The notes under the pieces are model-generated. The model worked only from the letters and a program-made list of their open reading frames with translations, was not told where the DNA came from and did no database searches. Below, piece by piece: positions 60,596 to 63,835 of a stretch of 63,835 nt of DNA. The translations under genes and the position numbers were made by a program. The DNA comes from Carcharhinus longimanus (lineage: Eukaryota): positions 50,677,770 to 50,741,604 of the forward strand of contig JASCQW010000099.1 in NCBI GenBank assembly GCA_030264375.1, in the 5' to 3' direction. Every line of letters starts with the position of its first letter. The first letter of the stretch is position 1.

Positions 60596-63500
60596 CCTCA
60601 TATTAATGCCTTCTGTGCTGTATCAGAAAACCTGGGAGTCCTCAGTCTTGCCTGGTGTTTCATTTGGTCTTGCAGGCCATTCCTGCACAATCAACAGCAA
60701 CTTCCTTATAATGAATGCAGCTCTCCATTAAAGAGGTGCAGGATAACTGAAACATGTGCTCGCCATGTTGTCACCTTGACCAGTGTTGAACGCTGAAGCA
60801 GCCAGCAACATGTGTTGCCTCATCTGAATGTTATAATCGTTCAAATGGGAAAGCATCATGAAATTTATGCATCGCTTATCTCAACATGACCGGGTCATAG
60901 AGTAAGAGAAAGTAGTAACTCCAGAGCCCAAAAATAGAAGCAACTGAGTTCTTCTCTCTCTGGGTTGTATCAGTGGGTGAATGCCACCTAACATTGAATT
61001 TACTGTAAGGATTTAATCCTAAACTTCTACACACTTTTATGTGGTATTGTGATGGTTCCTTTATGGGCAACATAACAGAAGAGGGTCATCTGACTTGAGG
61101 GAGCAATTGGACAAGAATGGATAAATCACCCAAGGAGGGGAAGTCTTCACTCGGTAGGGGCATCTAGAAGACACTAAGAGACGTGGGCTGCTCCAGGGTA
61201 GCTGTGGTGGGAGGAGTGGGGTGTGGCTGCCAGCCTCTGCACAGTTTGTCCATATGAATATATCTTTTGTATCTTTGACAAAGTCAGTGAATGTGCATCA
61301 TTACACTGGCAATGAGGATAAAATAAATTGTTGATGACACTGCCTGTGGCCCAACACCTATGAGTATCCTATTTTAATCAAAGTCTGAAGAAAAGAAATA
61401 TTCACCCTAATATCTGTGTTTGGGTGAATAGACCCATTTGGGATGTTGAGATATTGCCAGACCCTGAGGGACAAAAGCAGAGCAAACCTGAATTAGCCGG
61501 TTCAGTCAGAAGTTTAGAAATGTATAGAAAGAAAGAACAGAAAACAACCCTCAGAAGCAAGAGCTGTGATTTTGAGTTTAAGAAAAATAGAACTTGTGTT
61601 GAGGAAAAAGAGTTGCTACAAAGTTGTTTAAAAAGAGAACGCATAAAGCAGTGTCGTAAGTAAAGAAGAAATACCCCCGGACTGTAACCTAGCAATGATA
61701 GCCTGGGGGGGTGGGGGTGTCTCTTCTGTTTAAAGTAACAGCGCAGAAGGAACCGTTCAGCCTATCTTGTCCATGCCAGCCCAAGGTCACACCTTGCCAC
61801 ACCCAGGCATCCTTTCCAAGTTCCCCTTCCTGCACCCGGCCCAGAGCTATGCAGCTGAAAGCATGATCAAGATCCACGTACTTCATACCAGGATTGTGAC
61901 TCTGTGGACTACTAAACAGTCTTAAAACTGTAATACGCTTTAAGCAGTAATGTGCTTAAAGCAGCAACCACAAGAAGAGATAAAGGACATTGTACCGGAA
62001 AATTGAAGAAGACCCCAGATAGGGGGCAACTCAAAAAAGAAGTCCATAAACAATTAAGTCCTCAAAGAGGCATCAAAGATCCCCAAACGGAGGGCATTGA
62101 CAGACCCCAGATGGTGGGCACTGAAAGACAATGATGCACCTCATTGACTTTGTCGTGATGTTTATTAGTAAGGAAAAATCATAGAAGCTATCAGCCCCCA
62201 GCCCCAGCCACCCCAAGAGGTCCAATAGTGCATCCTCCAGAGTGCGTCCAGTCTCCGAACGTCTGGAGACTGGAAGATCTGGACCTATGTGCTGAAGGTG
62301 AGATCTATTTAGAATAAACGTGAACACACTGTTGTGGAAGATGTAAATTTTATATTTGTAACTGATGTCTGCAATTTTTTCATTTGATTTTGAATGTTCA
62401 GTTACTAAAATCTTTTGGCATGGTTCTAGACCGGATTATAAAATAATGATAAACCCTAGAATTATGGTTAAATCAATGTGCACACATTAAGAATGCTCTG
62501 CGAAGAAAAATAATTTACAATCGTTACTCAGTCACCTCTGTCATTTAATTGTAACGCTGAAATGAAGCGACCAGAGGGGGAGGGAGGGTAAGGGTCTGAA
62601 TCAAAAATTAGGGCATAATGTGATATTCTCCTGTCTAAAAGCAGAGTCCAGTTTGTAAAATAGTTGCAAATATAAGCTTGTATTTATTTAAGAGACTCAA
62701 TTGTTGGGCTTTGACTCCGTTTTTTGGGCCTCTTCCCTGGGTATGGTGGTGCTGTTATACTTGAGCATTAATCTATTGCAGTGAGCAATCCAAATAGAAA
62801 GTGTTCTTTCAGAAAAATCTCGTGTTAAATTATTGTTAAAAACATGTTCAGAAGAACATTTTACTTTTTAATTGGCCTCAACATTTAATGTTGGAAATAT
62901 AATGCAATTTTCTAATGTGTTTTATTTGAACTGGAAACTTAAATGAAGTTGGCAGAAGATCACCATAGCCATTTAGCCTCATCAGTGCTTATATGTAAGT
63001 AAATTATTGGTTGCTATGGTAGCATGGAGCACCTGTTCTGACTTATTAATCTCAGAGTTTACCAGGCTAACCCGGTGTGTTTTATTGTGTGTTATGGAAG
63101 CATTCTACATGGGAAAGGGGAGAACGTGCAAATCGAGAATAGCTGCGGTTTTCTTAATTGCTGCCACTTTCCAAAAGCAGTGAGGAAACTCAAGACATTA
63201 TGAGAAGCATTGCCCCAGCCCATAGATTTGACTTTGCTTTCGGTCCTTAAGAAGTTTCTGCGATTTTATTAGGTTGGCGTATATGTTGATTTTTGCTGTG
63301 GATTCCAGCAACTTAATTCATCATATGTGAGCACAGTCTAAGCCTTGGCAGGTTGATCAACTGATATATTTTCCTCATCTGGCAGCCACACGCGTGCACT
63401 CTGCAGGATGGATTGTTCAATCACAATCAGGGGTAGGACAATGACCGAGATTTTGAATGACAAAGAAATTTCTATTTTTTTCAAGGGATGCTAAGGATGT

Positions 63501-63835
63501 GGCAAGCTTCCCAATCCTTAAAGACCTACCTTTGATCCCTCTGTACTCACCAACTGCTTTCCAACCTCCCCCTTCTTTGATCTCCCAAACCCTTGAATGT
63601 ACTCCATGTCAATCTCTCCTGCAACTTTGTCTGCATCCCTCCAGTCAGCTTCCTGCCATTCCCATAGCATTATCAATGCTCATAATTGAATTCATATCTT
63701 CAGTGGTATGGCAACGATGCATTATCCCTCCTTTCCCTCTGACAGCTGCAACCTTCAACGCAGTTACATCCTTCTACAACTTCTTTTTCACAGGGTAATC
63801 CCAACAGGTTGGCCAACATGCTTACTTTTGTTTGT

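Noticed and set aside
1368-63798. The many 60-150 aa ORFs in the track as novel genes
   Set aside because: They show no recognisable protein features except those from CR1, SINE or Harbinger repeats. Many use non-ATG starts or span N gaps, as expected by chance in intron DNA.
1-63835. CRISPR array, operon or other prokaryote-style system
   Set aside because: No regularly spaced direct repeats or dense ORFs; the window is a spliced vertebrate gene with retroposons.

Overview
Vertebrate genomic DNA, very probably from a shark or other cartilaginous fish (inferred from the repeat families). It carries the middle of a PROX1 (prospero homeobox 1) gene on the + strand: the 3' part of the large coding exon (<1-1291), a 108-nt exon (12059-12166) and a 195-nt exon (27041-27235). 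I did not find the last coding exon, so the following intron is probably >36 kb. The main signal is the first intron in the window (1292-12058), a minor-spliceosome U12-type AT-AC intron (ATATCCTTTT ... TTTTCCTTGAC ... CAC). Inside it lies a GT-AG pair (1329/12050) that would add exactly 15 in-frame codons just before the homeodomain, a layout resembling the Drosophila prospero twintron; this is a candidate only. The rest is intron: CR1-like LINE fragments, several tRNA-derived SINE families, Penelope-derived inverted-repeat elements with decayed hammerhead cores, fossil PIF/Harbinger genes and MITEs, repeat-free blocks that may be conserved enhancers, and eight N gaps. Nearly all short ORFs in the supplied track are spurious or repeat-derived. 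Family assignments come from recalled consensus sequences, not database searches, and repeat boundaries are approximate.
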